The position numbers and the translations under genes are program-made. Positions 1-11,738 of a stretch of 64,000 bases of DNA are shown piece by piece. Numbering within the stretch: the first letter of the stretch is position 1; the number at the start of each line of letters is the position of its first letter. The notes beneath the pieces are model-generated. The model was given only the letters and a program-made list of their open reading frames with translations. It had not been told where the DNA came from and did no database searches. The DNA comes from Armatimonadota bacterium (GTDB lineage Bacteria > Armatimonadota > SYMT01), in contig JBKBRF010000006.1 of the NCBI GenBank assembly GCA_046292385.1, forward strand, positions 137,449-201,448, read 5' to 3'.

Positions 1-36
1 GCCGAGCACTCTCTGCGCTGCCGAGGAGTGGCAGCC

Positions 37-146
37 TCTCACGCGGCCTCACCCCCGGCCCCTCTCCTGAGAGGAGAGGGGAGCTATGGGTGGAAAGCCT
101 GCCTGCCCCCCCAACGGGGAAGGACCGGGGGTGAGGCCCCGTGAGA
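37..146. repeat. REP-like palindromic element / possible terminator downstream of carB
   Basis: 37-58 TCTCACGCGGCCTCACCCCCGG is the inverse of 125-146 (21/22 match); internal hairpin CCCCTCTCCT-GAG-AGGAGAGGGG at 59-81. Confidence 0.6.
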
Positions 147-198
147 ACGCCTTACTCTCGGACCAGCCTTTGACCTTCGTAGGTTTTCTACGCCGGTG

Positions 199-3100
199 TC
201 AGCCCGCAGCGGCGAGCTGGGCGCCGGCGCAGTACTCGTCGATCGTCTTGCAGTTGGGGCGGCCGTCGCCCTCGTGCCCCTCGGCACGGGCGGTGAGGGC
301 GTCGAGCAGCGCCGCAGCGGTGTCGAGGCTGGTGAGACACGGCACGCCGTTCTCCACCGCCGCGCGCCGCAGGAGGGCTGCTTCCCGCTCGGACCGCTTG
401 TTGCGCGAGACGGTGTTGATCAGCAGGTTGACCTTGCCGTCCTGGATCAGCGAGATCAGCGTGCGGCCGCCCTCGTGGATCTTGTTCGCCTGCTCCGCGT
501 CGATGCCGTTCTGCTGGAGGTAGGTCGCCGTCCCACCCGTGGCATAGATATGGTACCCCAGCGCGTGGTACCGCCGCAGCAGCGGGAGCGCCTCTTCCTT
601 GTCCGGATCGGCGACCGTCGCGATGATCGCGCCGTGGCGCGGCACGTCGACCCCGCTCGCCACCATCGCCTTGTAGAGGGCGCGCGGGTAGTCGAGGTCG
701 GTGCCCATGATCTCGCCGGTCGACTTCATCTCCGGCCCGAGGCTCACGTCGACCTTCGTCAGCTTGGCGAAGCTGAAGACCGGCGCCTTCACGGAGACGT
801 GCTCCACCGGCCGCTCGGCGCCGCCGGCGAAGAGGCCGGTCCGGTAGCCCATGTCGCGCAGCTTCTCGCCGAGCATGCAGCGGGTCGCCACCTGCACCAT
901 CGAGACGCCGGTGATCTTGGAGAGGTAGGGGACGGTGCGGCTGGAGCGCGGGTTCACCTCCAGGATGTAGACCTCGTCGCCTTCGACCACGAACTGGATG
1001 TTCATCAGGCCGACGACCTTGAGCGCGCGGGCGACCCGGATGGCGTAGTCGACCATCTTATCCTGAACCACGCGGGAGAGCGACTGCGGCGGGAAGACCG
1101 CCATCGAGTCGCCGCTGTGCACGCCGGCCCGCTCGATGTGCTCCATGATGCCGGGGATCAGGCAGTCCTCGCCGTCCCCGATCACGTCGACCTCGGCCTC
1201 TTTGCCGACCACGTACCGGTCGACCAGGATCGGTGCCTCGGGGCTGACGTCGACCACGTACTTCATGTAGTTGAGCAGGTCTTCCCGGTTGTGGATGATC
1301 TCCATCGCCCGCCCGCCCAGCACGTAGGAGGGGCGCACCAGGACCGGGTAGCCGATCTCCTCCGCCACATCCAGCGCCGCCTCGGTGGAGCGCACGGCGC
1401 GGCCGGCCGGCTTGGGGATATCGAGCTCGCGGAGGAGCTGCTCGAAGCGGTCGCGGTCCTCCGCCATGTCGATCCCCTCGTAGGAGGTTCCGAACAGCTT
1501 CACGCCGGCGTCGTGGAGTGGCTTGGCGAGGTTGATCGCCGTCTGCCCGCCGAACTGGACGATCACGCCCTCCGGCTGCTCCTCGCGGATGATCGCGAGC
1601 ATGTTCTCCACCGTCAGCGGCTCGAAGTAGAGCCGGTCCGAGGTGTCGAAGTCGGTGGAGACGGTCTCCGGGTTGTTGTTGACCACGATCGACTCGTAGC
1701 CGGCCTCCCGCAGTGCCCAGACGCTGTGGACCGTGCAGTAGTCGAACTCGATCCCCTGGCCGATCCGGATCGGGCCGGAGCCGATCACGATCACCTTCTT
1801 CTTCGCCCCCTCCGGCCGGGCCGGCTCGACGAGATCGGCCCCGAGCCGGGCCTCGTCCTCGGTCTCGTAGGTGCTGTAGAAGTAGGGGGTTGCCGCCTCG
1901 AACTCCGCGGCGCAGGTATCGACCATCTTGTAGACCGGCTCGATCCCCTGCGCCCAGCGCAGCTCGCGGATCTCCGACTCGGAGACGCCGCACCGGTCCG
2001 CCAGGCTGCGGTCGCTGATCCCGCACCGCTTCGCCTCGCGCAGGTCCGCCATGAACTCCGGATCGTCCGCGGACGGCTTCCGGCCCTCGAACCGGTCTTC
2101 CAGCCGCACCAGGTCCCGGATCTTGTAGAGGAACCACGGATCGATGTTGCTGGCCGACTGGACCTCCCGGATCTCCCAGCCGCGGCGGAACGCCTCCGCC
2201 ACCGCGAAGAGCCGCTCGTCCGTGGCGGTGCGGAGCTCGCCCTCCAGCTCCATCTCGGTCCAGAGCGGCGCGTTCTTGCTGCGGAGCCCGTGCGTGCCGA
2301 CCTCCAGCGACCGCACCGCCTTCAGGAGCGCGCTCTCGAAGGTGCGGCCGATCGCCATCACCTCGCCGGTCGCCTTCATCTGGCTGCCGATGGTGCGGTC
2401 CGCCGTGACGAACTTGTCGAACGGCCAGCGCGGGATCTTCACCACGCAGTAGTCGAGCGCCGGTTCGAAGCAGGCGAGCGTCTTGCGGGTGACGGCATTC
2501 TCGATCTCGTCGAGCCGCATGCCGATACAGATCTTGGCTGAGACGCGCGCGATCGGGTAGCCCGTGGCCTTCGACGCCAGCGCGGAGGAGCGGCTCACGC
2601 GCGGGTTCACCTCGATCACGTAGTACTGGAAGCTCTTCGGATCGAGCGCGAGCTGCACGTTGCACCCGCCTTCGATGCCCAGCTCCCGGATGATCTTGAG
2701 CGACGCCGTCCGGAGCATCTGGTACTCCTTGTCCGACAGCGTCTGGCTCGGCGCCACCACGATGGAGTCCCCGGTGTGGATGCCCATCGGGTCGAGGTTC
2801 TCCATGTTGCAGATGGTGATGCAGGTATCCGCGCCGTCCCGCATCACCTCGTACTCCACCTCTTTCCAGCCCTGGAGATAGCGCTCCACCAGGATCTGGT
2901 GCCGCATGGAGAGCTTCAGGCCGAGCGCCCCGATCTCCAGCATCTCCTTCACGTCCCGCGCGATGCCGCCGCCGGTGCCGCCGAGCGTGTAGGCGGGGCG
3001 CACGATCAGCGGCCAGGGAAGGTCGGTCCGCTCCGCCAGATCCCGGAGCTGCTCCATGCTCTCGATGATCCAGCTCTCCGGCACCGGCTCCCCGATGCGC

Positions 3101-3510
3101 CGCATGAGGGAGCGGAACTCCTCGCGGTCTTCCGCCATGCGGATCGACTTCAGCGGGGTGCCGAGCAGCTCGACGTCGTACTTCTCCAGGATCCCCTGGG
3201 CGGCGAGCTTGGTCGCCAGGTTCAGCCCGGTCTGGCCGCCCAGGCCCGGCGCCAGGCCGTCCGGACGCTCCCGCGCGATCACCCGCTCCGCGAACTCCAC
3301 GGTGAGCGGCTCGATGTAGACCCGGTCCGCGATCTCCGTATCGGTCATGATCGTGGCGGGGTTGGAGTTGATGAGGACGACTTCGCAGCCCTCTTCGCGG
3401 AGAGACTGGCACGCCTGGGTGCCGGCGTAGTCGAACTCCGCGGCCTGGCCGATGATGATCGGACCGGAGCCGATCACCATCACTTTCTTGATTTCGGGTC
3501 TCTTAGGCAT
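199..3510 (-). CDS. carB: Carbamoyl-phosphate synthase large subunit
   Basis: [31 protein letters not shown]-terminus, duplicated ATP-grasp halves ([10 protein letters not shown] / EVNPRSSRT), C-terminal MGS domain. Confidence 0.98.
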   Translation of the reverse strand: MPKRPEIKKVMVIGSGPIIIGQAAEFDYAGTQACQSLREEGCEVVLINSNPATIMTDTEIADRVYIEPLTVEFAERVIARERPDGLAPGLGGQTGLNLATKLAAQGILEKYDVELLGTPLKSIRMAEDREEFRSLMRRIGEPVPESWIIESMEQLRDLAERTDLPWPLIVRPAYTLGGTGGGIARDVKEMLEIGALGLKLSMRHQILVERYLQGWKEVEYEVMRDGADTCITICNMENLDPMGIHTGDSIVVAPSQTLSDKEYQMLRTASLKIIRELGIEGGCNVQLALDPKSFQYYVIEVNPRVSRSSALASKATGYPIARVSAKICIGMRLDEIENAVTRKTLACFEPALDYCVVKIPRWPFDKFVTADRTIGSQMKATGEVMAIGRTFESALLKAVRSLEVGTHGLRSKNAPLWTEMELEGELRTATDERLFAVAEAFRRGWEIREVQSASNIDPWFLYKIRDLVRLEDRFEGRKPSADDPEFMADLREAKRCGISDRSLADRCGVSESEIRELRWAQGIEPVYKMVDTCAAEFEAATPYFYSTYETEDEARLGADLVEPARPEGAKKKVIVIGSGPIRIGQGIEFDYCTVHSVWALREAGYESIVVNNNPETVSTDFDTSDRLYFEPLTVENMLAIIREEQPEGVIVQFGGQTAINLAKPLHDAGVKLFGTSYEGIDMAEDRDRFEQLLRELDIPKPAGRAVRSTEAALDVAEEIGYPVLVRPSYVLGGRAMEIIHNREDLLNYMKYVVDVSPEAPILVDRYVVGKEAEVDVIGDGEDCLIPGIMEHIERAGVHSGDSMAVFPPQSLSRVVQDKMVDYAIRVARALKVVGLMNIQFVVEGDEVYILEVNPRSSRTVPYLSKITGVSMVQVATRCMLGEKLRDMGYRTGLFAGGAERPVEHVSVKAPVFSFAKLTKVDVSLGPEMKSTGEIMGTDLDYPRALYKAMVASGVDVPRHGAIIATVADPDKEEALPLLRRYHALGYHIYATGGTATYLQQNGIDAEQANKIHEGGRTLISLIQDGKVNLLINTVSRNKRSEREAALLRRAAVENGVPCLTSLDTAAALLDALTARAEGHEGDGRPNCKTIDEYCAGAQLAAAG

Positions 3511-3547
3511 CTGAATGCTTACTGCTGGTGATTGAAAAGAAAATGTC

Positions 3548-4663
3548 TTACTTGGAGCCGCCGGCCCCGCTCTGCGCTTCGAGCGCGGCGACGAAGCGGT
3601 TGAACAGGTAGGCGCTGTCCCGCGGGCCGGGGTTCGCCTCCGGGTGGTACTGGATGGTAAAGACCGGCAGCTCGCGGTGGCGCAGCCCTTCCACGGTCCC
3701 GTCGTTCAGGTTCACGTGGGTCACTTCCAGCCCGCTCTTCTCCAGGCCGGCGGGGTCGACGGCGTACCCGTGGTTCTGGCTGGTGATGTAGACGCGACCG
3801 GTCTCCAGGTCTTTCACCGGGTGGTTGCCGCCGCGGTGTCCGAACCGGAGCTTGAAGGTACCCGCCCCGAACGCCTTCCCGACGATCTGGTTGCCGAGGC
3901 AGATCCCGAAGGTCGGCTTGCCGCTGTGGATCAGCTTCCGGGCGGTCTCCACCACGTCGGCCAGGTGCTTCGGGTCGCCCGGGCCGGGCGAGAAGGCGAT
4001 GCCGTCCGGGTTGCGCTCCAGGATCTCTTCCGCGGAGGCGGTGCAGGGAAAGACCGTGGTCCGCACCCCCTGCTCGCCGAGCGCGCGGAGGATGTTGTAC
4101 TTCACGCCGCAGTCGAGCAGGCTCACGTCGAACACGCGGCCGTCGGGACGGGTGGCGGTCGGCTCCCACACGTACGGCTCCGGAGTGGTGACGCGGCGCA
4201 CGAAGTCGATCGCGGTGTAGTCGGGCGAGCTCCGCAGGTGCGCGGTCGCCTCTTCCGCGTTCATCTCGGAGGTGACGACGCCCATCATCACGCCTTGCTC
4301 GCGGAGGCGGCGGGTGAGCGCGCGGGTATCGATCCCCTCGATGCCGACGACGTTGCTCCGGTGCAGGAACGACTGCAGGTCTTCGCCGGAGCGCCAGTTG
4401 CTCGGCATCTCGCAGAGCTGCTTCACGATGAAGCCGGAGACCTGCACCCCGCGGGATTCCAGGTCGAGCTCGGTCACCCCGTAGTTCCCGATGAGCGGAT
4501 AGGTGAGGGTGAGGAGCTGACCCGCGTAGGAGGGGTCGGTCAGCATCTCCTGATAGCCCGTCATCGAGGTGCTGAAGACCACCTCTCCGGTGACGGTACC
4601 TGCCGCGCCGATGCTGCGGCCCTCGAACACGGCTCCATCTTCCAGTACCAGCAAGCTTCGCAT
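3548..4663 (-). CDS. carA: Carbamoyl-phosphate synthase small subunit
   Basis: [32 protein letters not shown] glutamine amidotransferase motifs. Confidence 0.98.
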   Translation of the reverse strand: MRSLLVLEDGAVFEGRSIGAAGTVTGEVVFSTSMTGYQEMLTDPSYAGQLLTLTYPLIGNYGVTELDLESRGVQVSGFIVKQLCEMPSNWRSGEDLQSFLHRSNVVGIEGIDTRALTRRLREQGVMMGVVTSEMNAEEATAHLRSSPDYTAIDFVRRVTTPEPYVWEPTATRPDGRVFDVSLLDCGVKYNILRALGEQGVRTTVFPCTASAEEILERNPDGIAFSPGPGDPKHLADVVETARKLIHSGKPTFGICLGNQIVGKAFGAGTFKLRFGHRGGNHPVKDLETGRVYITSQNHGYAVDPAGLEKSGLEVTHVNLNDGTVEGLRHRELPVFTIQYHPEANPGPRDSAYLFNRFVAALEAQSGAGGSK

Positions 4664-4730
4664 ACTACCTGTCCCACCTGTCCGCCCGAAGGTCCGGGCG
4701 CTCTCTCATCCAGATCTTCACGCGGTGCGC

Positions 4731-6053
4731 CTACCCGACGAGCTCGCCGTCCCGCACGAGCACCTTGCCGTCGACGATCGTCGCCACGGCCGCCCCGCGA
4801 AGCTCCCAGCCGAGGAACGGGGTGTTCTTGCTGCGGCTGTGGAGCGTCTCCTCGCTCACCACGAAGTCGCGGTCGACGTCGAGGATCGTCACGTCACCGG
4901 GGGCGCCGAGCTCCAGCGTGCCGATGCGGCGATCGACCCCGGCCGGGAGGTCGTGCCCGTCTCCGATCAGCACCCGCGCGGGGTTCACGGTGAGCTTCGC
5001 GATCGCGTCGGAGAGGGAGACGATGCCGGGGCGGACCAGCCGGTCGAGCGTGAGCGGCACCACCGTCTCCAGCCCCACCATCCCCATCAGCGCGCGGTCG
5101 AACTCGCAGTCCTTCTCCTGGATCGCGTGCGGCGCGTGGTCCGTGGCGATGCAGTCGAGCGTGCCGTCCTGCAGCCCTTCCAGCACCGCGGCGACGTCGT
5201 CCGCGCTCCGGAGCGGCGGGTTGACCTTGGCCTGTGTGTTGTAGCCGAGGCACGCCTCGTCGGTGAGGCAGAAGTGGTGCGGGCAGCCCTCCGCGGTGAC
5301 CGGCAGCCCCTGCGCCTTGGCGCGGCGGACCAGGTCGACCGAGACGCGCGTGGAGACGTGGCAGATGTGCACGCGGCACCCGGTGAGGCGGCTCAGCTCG
5401 ATGTTGCGGGAGACCATGATGTCTTCCGCGGCGTTCGGGATCCCCCGCAGGCCGAGCAGCGTGGAGACCGGCCCCTCGTTCATCGCGCCGTCGCCGGCGA
5501 GCGCCTTGTCCTCGCAGTGGAGCGCCACGCCGCGGTGAAGCCCGTAGGCATACTCCATCGCGCGCCGCATCACCTCGGCGTTCTGGATCGGGAAGGCGTC
5601 GTCGGAGAAGAGCGCGGCGCCGGAGGCGGAGAGGCGGCCCATCTCCGCCAGCTCTTTTCCGGCATTCTGCTTCGTCATGGAGGCGAAGACGTGCACCTTC
5701 ACGCCGATCGCCTTCTCCGCCTTCTCCTGGATCAGCTCGACCACGGAGGGGTCGTCGATCGCCGGGTCGGTGTTCGGCATGCAGCAGACGTGCGCGAAGC
5801 CGCCCGCCGCCGCCGCGCGGGTGCCGGTGGCGATCGTCTCCTTGTACTCCTGGCCGGGCTCGCGCAGGTGCACGTGCACGTCGATGAAGCCGGGGCAGAC
5901 GACGCGGTCCGAGGCGTCCAGCACCTCATGCCCGCCGTCCGGTAGCCCCTTGTCGATCGCCGTGACCCGTCCGTTCTCGATCAGGAGGTCCGCCTCCGTG
6001 TCGAGCCGCTGCGCGGGATCGATCACCCGCCCGTTCTTGATCAGCAGTCCCAT
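4731..6053 (-). CDS. pyrC: Dihydroorotase
   Basis: PGFIDVHVHLREPG, MPNT, KVNPPLR, IATDHAPH; pyr operon context. Confidence 0.96.
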   Translation of the reverse strand: MGLLIKNGRVIDPAQRLDTEADLLIENGRVTAIDKGLPDGGHEVLDASDRVVCPGFIDVHVHLREPGQEYKETIATGTRAAAAGGFAHVCCMPNTDPAIDDPSVVELIQEKAEKAIGVKVHVFASMTKQNAGKELAEMGRLSASGAALFSDDAFPIQNAEVMRRAMEYAYGLHRGVALHCEDKALAGDGAMNEGPVSTLLGLRGIPNAAEDIMVSRNIELSRLTGCRVHICHVSTRVSVDLVRRAKAQGLPVTAEGCPHHFCLTDEACLGYNTQAKVNPPLRSADDVAAVLEGLQDGTLDCIATDHAPHAIQEKDCEFDRALMGMVGLETVVPLTLDRLVRPGIVSLSDAIAKLTVNPARVLIGDGHDLPAGVDRRIGTLELGAPGDVTILDVDRDFVVSEETLHSRSKNTPFLGWELRGAAVATIVDGKVLVRDGELVG

Positions 6054-6068
6054 CGAGCTGTCTTTCTC

Positions 6069-7736
<1,668 letters not shown>

Positions 7737-7755
7737 CCCAACCGGATTTCCTAAT

Positions 7756-7784
7756 ACTCTATCATCCACCCCCGGGGCTGTCAC
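7756..7784 (-). promoter_or_regulatory. Putative sigma70 promoter of the pyr operon
   Basis: Minus strand GTGACA-17 nt-TAGAGT with TG extended -10 motif, about 20 nt upstream of the PyrR site. Confidence 0.55.
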
Positions 7785-7819
7785 TGCGAACATCGCTCGC
7801 CGAGGGCTTTGGGGCGGTG

Positions 7820-7894
7820 CGGGCGTATACTGTGGGTATACGCCCGGCGGTTGAAACCGCGGCAACAACCGCACGAAGTCGGCCTGCGCCGACT
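7820..7894. repeat. Cluster of three short palindromes (REP-like)
   Basis: CGGGCGTATAC/GTATACGCCCG (7820-7846), GCGGTTGAAACCGC (7847-7860), AGTCGGC-CTGC-GCCGACT (7877-7894). Confidence 0.5.
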
Positions 7895-8103
7895 GAGGTG
7901 GCACCGCGGTGATTCCTGGCCGTCTGCATCGGAGTGCATCCGGTCAGTTTAGGGGCAGGTGCCTTCCGGATCGCCGGCAGTTGACTGCCGGCGGCGCCAA
8001 GGGCGGAGTTTACTCCGCATCCCTGCGCGTAACCGGGTGATGCTGCTTCGACTTTCCGAATGCAGTACTGGAGATCAGAGAGCGGCGTCGAGAGGACGGA
8101 GTC

Positions 8104-8697
8104 ATGTCGGAGACAGCGGTACGACTACACCGGAAGACGCGGGACGACTACCGCGCGCTGCCGGAAGGGCCTCCCTACTACGAGCTGATCGACGGAGAGC
8201 TGATCGAGATGACGCGCCCTTCCGAGCTGCACAACGAGATCGCGCTTACCCTGGCGGAGTGGTGGCGGGCACATCTTCGGACCGGGGTGGGCGGCGCGCT
8301 CTCGATCGAGCCCAACCTCTACCTGCCGAATCTCGAATCGGTTTACCACCCGGACCTGGCCTACATCGCCCCGGAGCAGCGCTCGATTCGGAAGCGGGAC
8401 GGCATCTACGGCGTCCCGCAGGTGATCTGCGAGATCCTCTCCCCGTCCACCGCCAGTCTGGACCGGTCGGTCAAGCTGAACGACTATCGCCGGGCTGGGG
8501 TGCCACACGTTTGGCTCGTCGACCCGGTGCGACCCGTGCTGGTCCAGGAGTTCGTGCTTGGCGAGAGCGGCGCCTACTCCCTTCACAGCAGCCTGACCGC
8601 ACCGGCCGAATGGGAGCCGGCGGCGTTTCCGGGGTGGACCATCTCCCTCGCGGAGCTGGATGCTGCCGTGGCGTCGGTGGAGGAGGCTAGCGAGTAG
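8104..8697 (+). CDS. Uma2 family (DUF820) putative endonuclease
   Basis: YELIDGELIEM..PS..H, PDLAY, PQVICEILSPST..LDRSVKL..Y...GVPHVWLVDP. Confidence 0.92.
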   Translation: MSETAVRLHRKTRDDYRALPEGPPYYELIDGELIEMTRPSELHNEIALTLAEWWRAHLRTGVGGALSIEPNLYLPNLESVYHPDLAYIAPEQRSIRKRDGIYGVPQVICEILSPSTASLDRSVKLNDYRRAGVPHVWLVDPVRPVLVQEFVLGESGAYSLHSSLTAPAEWEPAAFPGWTISLAELDAAVASVEEASE

Positions 8698-9331
8698 GGA
8701 GCCGCAGGCGGTAGAGGTAGAGATCCGAATCCGAAGCGAGGGGCTCCACTTCCACCCGCCAGCCTTCCCGCTCCGCCAGCGCGAAGAAGTCGGCGCTCAT
8801 CGGGCGGTCCGGATCGGCCAGGTAGGCGGTGCCGTCCGCCGCAAGCGAATCCGCCAGGACCCGCAGCAGCGGCGCATGCAGGGCGCGCTCGTAAGCGACG
8901 TCCGCGGCCAGGACCACCGGCCAGCGCCCGCGCAGCGGCCAGGCCCGCCAGTCGGCGGCGACGCACCGCACGCCGTTAAGACCGTTCCGCAGGGCGTTCC
9001 CTCGGGCCAGCACCGTGGCTTCCGGGAAACGGTCGGTCAGGGTGACACGGGCTCCCAGCGCCGCCGCGGCGAGGCCGACGATCCCCGTACCGCAGCCTAG
9101 CTCCAGCACGGGGAGGTGAGCCCAGCCGCCGCGAGCCAGCACCCACCTCGCCAGCGCCTCCCCGGCGGGCCAGATCACGGCCCAGTAGGGGAGGGCCTCC
9201 GCGTCCCGGACCTCGCCCATCAGCGCGTCGAGGTCCGGCGCTGCGTGCAACTCCAGCCGCACCTCCACTCCGGGGGAGGTGTAAGAAAGGAGATAAGGGG
9301 ATGAGTTGAGGATGGGGGGATGGCCAGCCAC
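8687..9331 (-). CDS. Class I SAM-dependent methyltransferase (Methyltransf_16 / lysine methyltransferase-like)
   Basis: PYWAVIWPAG, VLELGCGTG, LAADVAYE, LADPDRP; start uncertain. Confidence 0.88.
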   Translation of the reverse strand: MAGHPPILNSSPYLLSYTSPGVEVRLELHAAPDLDALMGEVRDAEALPYWAVIWPAGEALARWVLARGGWAHLPVLELGCGTGIVGLAAAALGARVTLTDRFPEATVLARGNALRNGLNGVRCVAADWRAWPLRGRWPVVLAADVAYERALHAPLLRVLADSLAADGTAYLADPDRPMSADFFALAEREGWRVEVEPLASDSDLYLYRLRLPTR

Positions 9332-9444
9332 CCGAACTTAGCTCCTGCTCTTACTCCTGCTCCTGCTCGCTGGCGACGCCCGGCGGTCCCGCATGTTGTC
9401 GCGAGCTCGCACTCTGGTTCTTGTGGCAGGACGCCGCGTTCCGC

Positions 9445-9710
9445 CGCCCCTCCAGGGCGGACACGAGGGCTTGCAGGAGTCCGGGGGCTGCGCTACGCGT
9501 TACCCCCGGCTAATCTCCTGCGCCCCTCCGGGGCGGTGAAATTCCGGATCGCCGGAGGTTGACCTCCGGCGGCACCGACGTGCGGAGCTCACTCCGCACG
9601 GTTTCCGGGTAGCCCTCCCGCCCCTCCAGGGCGGAACGTGGCGGCGGCTCCGAATCCGGGGGCTGCGCTGCGCTTGCGCCCCGGCTACCGTCTCGCGCCC
9701 CTCCGGGGCG
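9445..9710. repeat. Two direct copies of a ~90 bp REP-like element
   Basis: 9445-9535 and 9619-9710 both read CGCCCCTCCAGGGCGG...TCCGGGGGCTGCGCT...CCCCGGCTA...CGCCCCTCCGGGGCG; palindrome GCCGGAGGTTGACCTCCGGC lies between them. Confidence 0.75.
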
Positions 9711-9773
9711 CCATGCCCGACGCCCTCTGTCTCTCTGTCTCTCCGTCTCTCCGTCTCCGAAGGTCCCTACGTG

Positions 9774-10961
9774 TCAGCGACCGGCCGGCATCTCGGCAAT
9801 CTTGAGGTTGCGGAACGAGAGGTCCGTGGTCGGGTCGTGGCCCTGGAGGCTCACGACGCCGGGGGCGGCGCGGTAGCCCTGGCGGGCGTTGTTGTTCGGC
9901 GGGCGCATGTCGGTGAAGTCGCTCACCTGGATTCCGTTCACCCAGACCGCGATGTGCGGGCCGTGCGCCACGATCGTCTTGGTGAACCACTCGCGGTCGC
10001 TCGGAATCACGCGCCGCGCCGGCTGGCGGTTGTAGACGCCGCCGGTGCCGTAGTCGACCGGCTTGGTGCGGTCGTCGCCTTCCCACTGGTTGCGGATCTG
10101 GCTCTCGTAGCCGCTCCAGAACTCACCCGGCGTGCCGCGGAAGAAGACGCCGCTGTTCAGGTGGGTGCCGTTGGAGATGATGTCGAGCTGGAAGACGAAA
10201 TCGCCGAACTGCGCCTCGCTCTGGAGGTCGCCGTTCCCGTCCTTCACGTTCAGCCAGCCTTCCGGGGTGACGGAGTAGACCGACTTCCGTCCCGGAATCT
10301 CCTTCCAGCCGGTGAGGTCCTTGCCGTTGAAGAGGCTCTTCAGGCCGAGCGGCTGGAGCTTGACGTTCCGGAAGCGGACGGTGCCTTCGCCGTTGTACTG
10401 CAGGCCGATCGTGCCGCGCCGGTACTTCGAATCGCGGGTGTCGACCGTCTTCCGCCCGTTCAGCAGGACCACCAGGCGGTCACCGTCCGCGGTGATCTCG
10501 TAGCTGTTCCAGCGGCCGGTGGTGCGGGGCGCGCGGCCGGAGGCCCTGGCGACGTCGTTGATGCTGCCGGTCGGCCACATCGGGTGCTTGTCGTAGATGT
10601 TCACCTCGTAGGCGTTCTGCTGCGTGATCTCGCCGGAGGTGGGGCAGCGGAGGAAGACGCCGCTGTTCGCGGCCTCGTCGACCCAGAACTCCGCCTTCAG
10701 GCGGTAGCTCGGAAAGACGGTGGTGGTGCTGAGGACTCCCTTACCGCTGCCGGGCACCGCCGCCAGGGTGCCGTTCTCTACGCGCCAGGTCGCGTCGCCG
10801 CGCTGCTCCCAGCCGAACGGCGTCTCTCCATCGAAGAGAAGGATCCAGCCGTCCGCGATCTCCTTCGCGGTAAGGGGGGTGGTGCCGCGCTCCTGCGCGC
10901 CCGCCGCCGCGGCGAGCAGGGTCAGCGCTGCCAGTGCTGCAAGTCGGATGAAGTGCTTCAT
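9774..10961 (-). CDS. Secreted protein with two DUF1080 (3-keto-disaccharide hydrolase-like) domains
   Basis: Signal peptide; LLFDG..GW, NSGVF, YEVNI/YESQI, IGLQ / SLQGHDP, FRNVK/FRNLK, each present twice. Confidence 0.9.
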   Translation of the reverse strand: MKHFIRLAALAALTLLAAAAGAQERGTTPLTAKEIADGWILLFDGETPFGWEQRGDATWRVENGTLAAVPGSGKGVLSTTTVFPSYRLKAEFWVDEAANSGVFLRCPTSGEITQQNAYEVNIYDKHPMWPTGSINDVARASGRAPRTTGRWNSYEITADGDRLVVLLNGRKTVDTRDSKYRRGTIGLQYNGEGTVRFRNVKLQPLGLKSLFNGKDLTGWKEIPGRKSVYSVTPEGWLNVKDGNGDLQSEAQFGDFVFQLDIISNGTHLNSGVFFRGTPGEFWSGYESQIRNQWEGDDRTKPVDYGTGGVYNRQPARRVIPSDREWFTKTIVAHGPHIAVWVNGIQVSDFTDMRPPNNNARQGYRAAPGVVSLQGHDPTTDLSFRNLKIAEMPAGR

Positions 10962-11153
10962 GGATTCTCCCGCCTGGCCGCCAGGCTCCGCGGCCACACG
11001 GGTTCAGTTTACTTCATCTCCGGAGAACGTCCGCCGGGACCGCCCTCTAGTCGGCGCGAGCAGACGCCAGAATAGGTAGAGACGACGCCGGATCGACGCA
11101 TGTTCCGTTTTCCCGCAGGGGATCGGCGGCAGGGGAAAGGTGGCCGGAGAGAG

Positions 11154-11720
11154 ATGCGCTGGGGCTTCTTCAGGAAGAACCGCGAGCCGGAGGCGGGCTC
11201 GGCCGGAGCGGCCCCCGCGCCGGACCTCCCGTCGGCGGAGATCGACGACGAGCTCGCCTTCCTCCGGAGTCGTCCGGACTTCGACGAAGAGGAGATGGCT
11301 TCCGTCAGCCCGACGGCCGGGCCGGTGGTGACCGAGTCTCCCCGGGACGTGCGGGAGCCGTGGCAGCTCGCGGCGGAAGCGGTGGCGGCCCTGGGCGAGC
11401 GCACTCCGGTGGCTCCCCGGCCGTTCGCTACCGGCACCACCGCCTCGGCAGCGCCCGCGGAGGAGCTGACCGAAGAGGACCGCATGCTCGGCGCGCTGCT
11501 CGCGGAAGCGATGGGGCTGCCGGGAAGGGAGCCGGAAGTCGGATCCGCGCAGGTCGAGGCATCGCCCTCGGAGCGGGTGACCGGCGAGGTACTGGCGGCC
11601 CTGGTGCCGGAGTGGGCGGACGAGGCGCGCAGCCCGGCCGACCTGCTCGACCTGGCGTTGGAACGTGGTGAGAACGCGGGGCTTATCCCCGACCGCATCG
11701 ATTCACAGGCGGGTGGCTAG
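11154..11720 (+). CDS. Hypothetical acidic low-complexity protein, first gene of the ParA/Hsp70 operon
   Basis: GGAGA RBS, host-like codon usage, N-terminal MRWGFFRK, Glu/Ala/Pro rich; ends 18 bp before the next gene. Confidence 0.6.
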   Translation: MRWGFFRKNREPEAGSAGAAPAPDLPSAEIDDELAFLRSRPDFDEEEMASVSPTAGPVVTESPRDVREPWQLAAEAVAALGERTPVAPRPFATGTTASAAPAEELTEEDRMLGALLAEAMGLPGREPEVGSAQVEASPSERVTGEVLAALVPEWADEARSPADLLDLALERGENAGLIPDRIDSQAGG

Positions 11721-11738
11721 CCCGTCGTTCAGCAAGCT

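Noticed and set aside
196..3531. Long plus-strand ORFs (781 aa, 251 aa) opposite carB, and similar antisense ORFs elsewhere (31269-34166, 34884-38114, 58901-60832)
   Set aside because: Shadow ORFs typical of high-GC DNA; they overlap well-supported genes and show no protein motifs
9340..9760. CRISPR array
   Set aside because: Only two long units, no regular repeat-spacer periodicity and no cas genes
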